A program made the translations under genes and the position numbers. This document shows, in pieces, positions 62,601-64,000 of a stretch of 64,000 nt of DNA. The notes below the pieces were generated by a model, which did no database searches, was not told the DNA's origin, and was given only the letters and a program-made list of their open reading frames with translations. Each line of letters opens with the position of its first letter. The stretch's first letter is position 1. This stretch comes from Eledone cirrhosa (lineage: Eukaryota): positions 47,926,001 through 47,990,000 of the forward strand of contig OZ024744.1 in NCBI GenBank assembly GCA_964016885.1. Reading direction: 5' to 3'.

Positions 62601-64000
62601 CACATCACATTAGACTATCAAGACCAGAACACCAACCACATCACATTAGACTATCAAGACCTGAACACCAACCACATCACATTAGACTATCAAGACCAGA
62701 ACACCAACAACATCACATTAGACTATCAAGACCAGAACACCAACCACATTAGACTATCAAGAACAGAACACCAACAACATTAGACTATCAAGACCATAAC
62801 ACCAACCACATTAGACTATCAAGAACAGAACACCAACCACATTAGACTATCAAGACCAGAACACCAACAACAATAGACTATCAAGACCAGAACACCAACC
62901 ACATTAGACTATCAAGAACAGAACACCAGCCACATTAGACTATCAAGACAAGAACACCAACCACATTAGAGTATCAAGAACAGAACACCAACCACATTAG
63001 CCTATCAAGAACAGAACACCAACCACATTAGACTATCAAGACCAGAACTCCAACCACATTAGACTATCAAAACCAGAACACCAACCACATCACATTAGAC
63101 TATCAAGACCAGAACACCAACCACATTAGACTATCAAGACAAGAACACCAACCACATTAGACTATCAAGAACAGAAGACCAACCACATTAGACTATCAAG
63201 AACAGAACACCAACCACATTAGACTATCAAGACCAGAACACCAACAACATCACATTAGCCTATCAAGAACACCAACCACATTAGACTATCAAGACCAGAA
63301 CACCAACCACATTAGACTATCAAGGCCAGAACACCAACCACATCACATTAGACTATCAATACCAGAACACCAACCACATTAGACTATCAAGACCAGAACA
63401 CCAACCACATCACATTAGAATATCAAGACCAGAACACCAACCACATCACATTAGACTATCAAGACCTGAACACCAACCACATCACATTAGACTATCAACA
63501 CCAGAACACCAACAACATCACATTAGACTATCAAGACCAGAACACCAACCACATTAGACTATCAAGAACATAACACCAGCAACATTAGACTATCAAGACC
63601 ATAACACCAACCACATTAGACTATCAAGAACAGAACACCAACCACATTAGACTATCAAGACCAGAACACCAACAACAATAGACTATCAAGACCAGAACAC
63701 CAACCACATTAGACTATCAAGAACAGAACACCAACCACATTAGACTATCAAGACCAGAACACCAACCACATTAGACTATCAAGAACAGAACACCAACCAC
63801 ATTAGACTATCAAGAACAGAACACCAACCACATTAGACTATCAAGACCAGAACAACAACCACATTAGACTATCAAGACCAGAACACCAACCACATCACAT
63901 TAGACTATCAAGACCAGAACACCAACCACATTAGACTATCGAGACCAGAACACCAACCACATCACATTAGACTATCAAGACCAGAACACCAACCACATCA

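Larger units (their letters stand above)
1..64000 (+). repeat. Tandem satellite/minisatellite array of 31-bp (CATTAGACTATCAAGACCAGAACACCAACCA) and 36-bp (+CATCA) monomers, roughly 1,900-2,000 copies, running off both window ends
   Basis: The monomer is readable continuously, e.g. 1-36 (36-mer) and 37-67 (31-mer). All copies are in the same orientation and there is no non-repeat insertion. Copy number is estimated from 64000 divided by ~33 bp. Confidence 0.99.
41235..64000 (+). repeat. Copy B of the ~23.6-kb super-repeat, containing an extra 3642-bp internal duplication
   Basis: The offset to copy A jumps from 23641 to 27283 (= 23641 + 3642) at the shared 1-bp deletion CAAGACAGAA 30751/58034. 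Confidence 0.85.

Noticed and set aside
1-64000. CRISPR array (unit length 31-36 bp)
   Set aside because: Monomers abut directly with no unique spacers, and there is no leader or cas gene.
1-64000. Repetitive protein-coding ORF on either strand
   Set aside because: The + strand has TAG in nearly every monomer, and the 31-bp period rotates it through all frames. The - strand has TGA, TAG and TAA in every monomer. Only short open stretches are possible under the standard code.
1-64000. Telomerase-synthesised repeat tract
   Set aside because: Multi-kb patterns of variants are copied faithfully, which indicates DNA-templated duplication rather than repeated copying of a short RNA template.
1-64000. 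G-quadruplex-forming array on the - strand
   Set aside because: The consensus has only three GG dinucleotides per monomer and no GGG runs. At most weak two-tier structures are possible, which I cannot support.
1-64000. Variants being mere sequencing noise, or a rolling-circle amplification concatemer
   Set aside because: Most variants, including 1-bp deletions (GATTTC, CATAGTC, GACAGAA), recur in identical context at consistent offsets with a nested, tree-like pattern, not one fixed period.
1-64000. Embedded transposon, inversion or unique island
   Set aside because: None was seen on reading through. No reverse-complement monomer (TGGTTGGTGTTC...) appears on the + strand.
1-64000. Assignment to a named satellite family or host taxon, plasmid iterons, or a CENP-B box
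   Set aside because: I do not recognise the monomer with confidence. The array is far too long for iterons and has no rep gene. The consensus lacks the CpGs that a CENP-B box requires.

Overview
The whole 64 kb window is one uninterrupted, head-to-tail tandem satellite/minisatellite array in a single orientation. I find no gene, RNA gene, transposon or unique sequence. The monomer is 31 bp, CATTAGACTATCAAGACCAGAACACCAACCA, interspersed with a 36-bp form carrying an extra CATCA. The + strand is about 77% A+C, so the - strand is G/T-rich. Rare variant monomers act as barcodes and show a nested higher-order structure: (1) a ~19-monomer/619-bp sub-repeat with 14- and 17-monomer derivatives; (2) multi-kb modules repeated at ~6.2 and ~9.1-9.4 kb; (3) two apparently exact recent tandem duplications (offsets 5482 and 3642 bp); (4) a ~23.6-kb super-repeat (about 17.6-37.0 kb versus 41.2-64.0 kb). 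Offsets between copies change in whole-monomer steps (31, 36, 217 bp), which points to in-register recombination. It is probably eukaryotic heterochromatic, subtelomeric or centromeric satellite, but host and function cannot be established from the sequence. All alignments were done by eye using marker variants, so boundaries are approximate unless stated.
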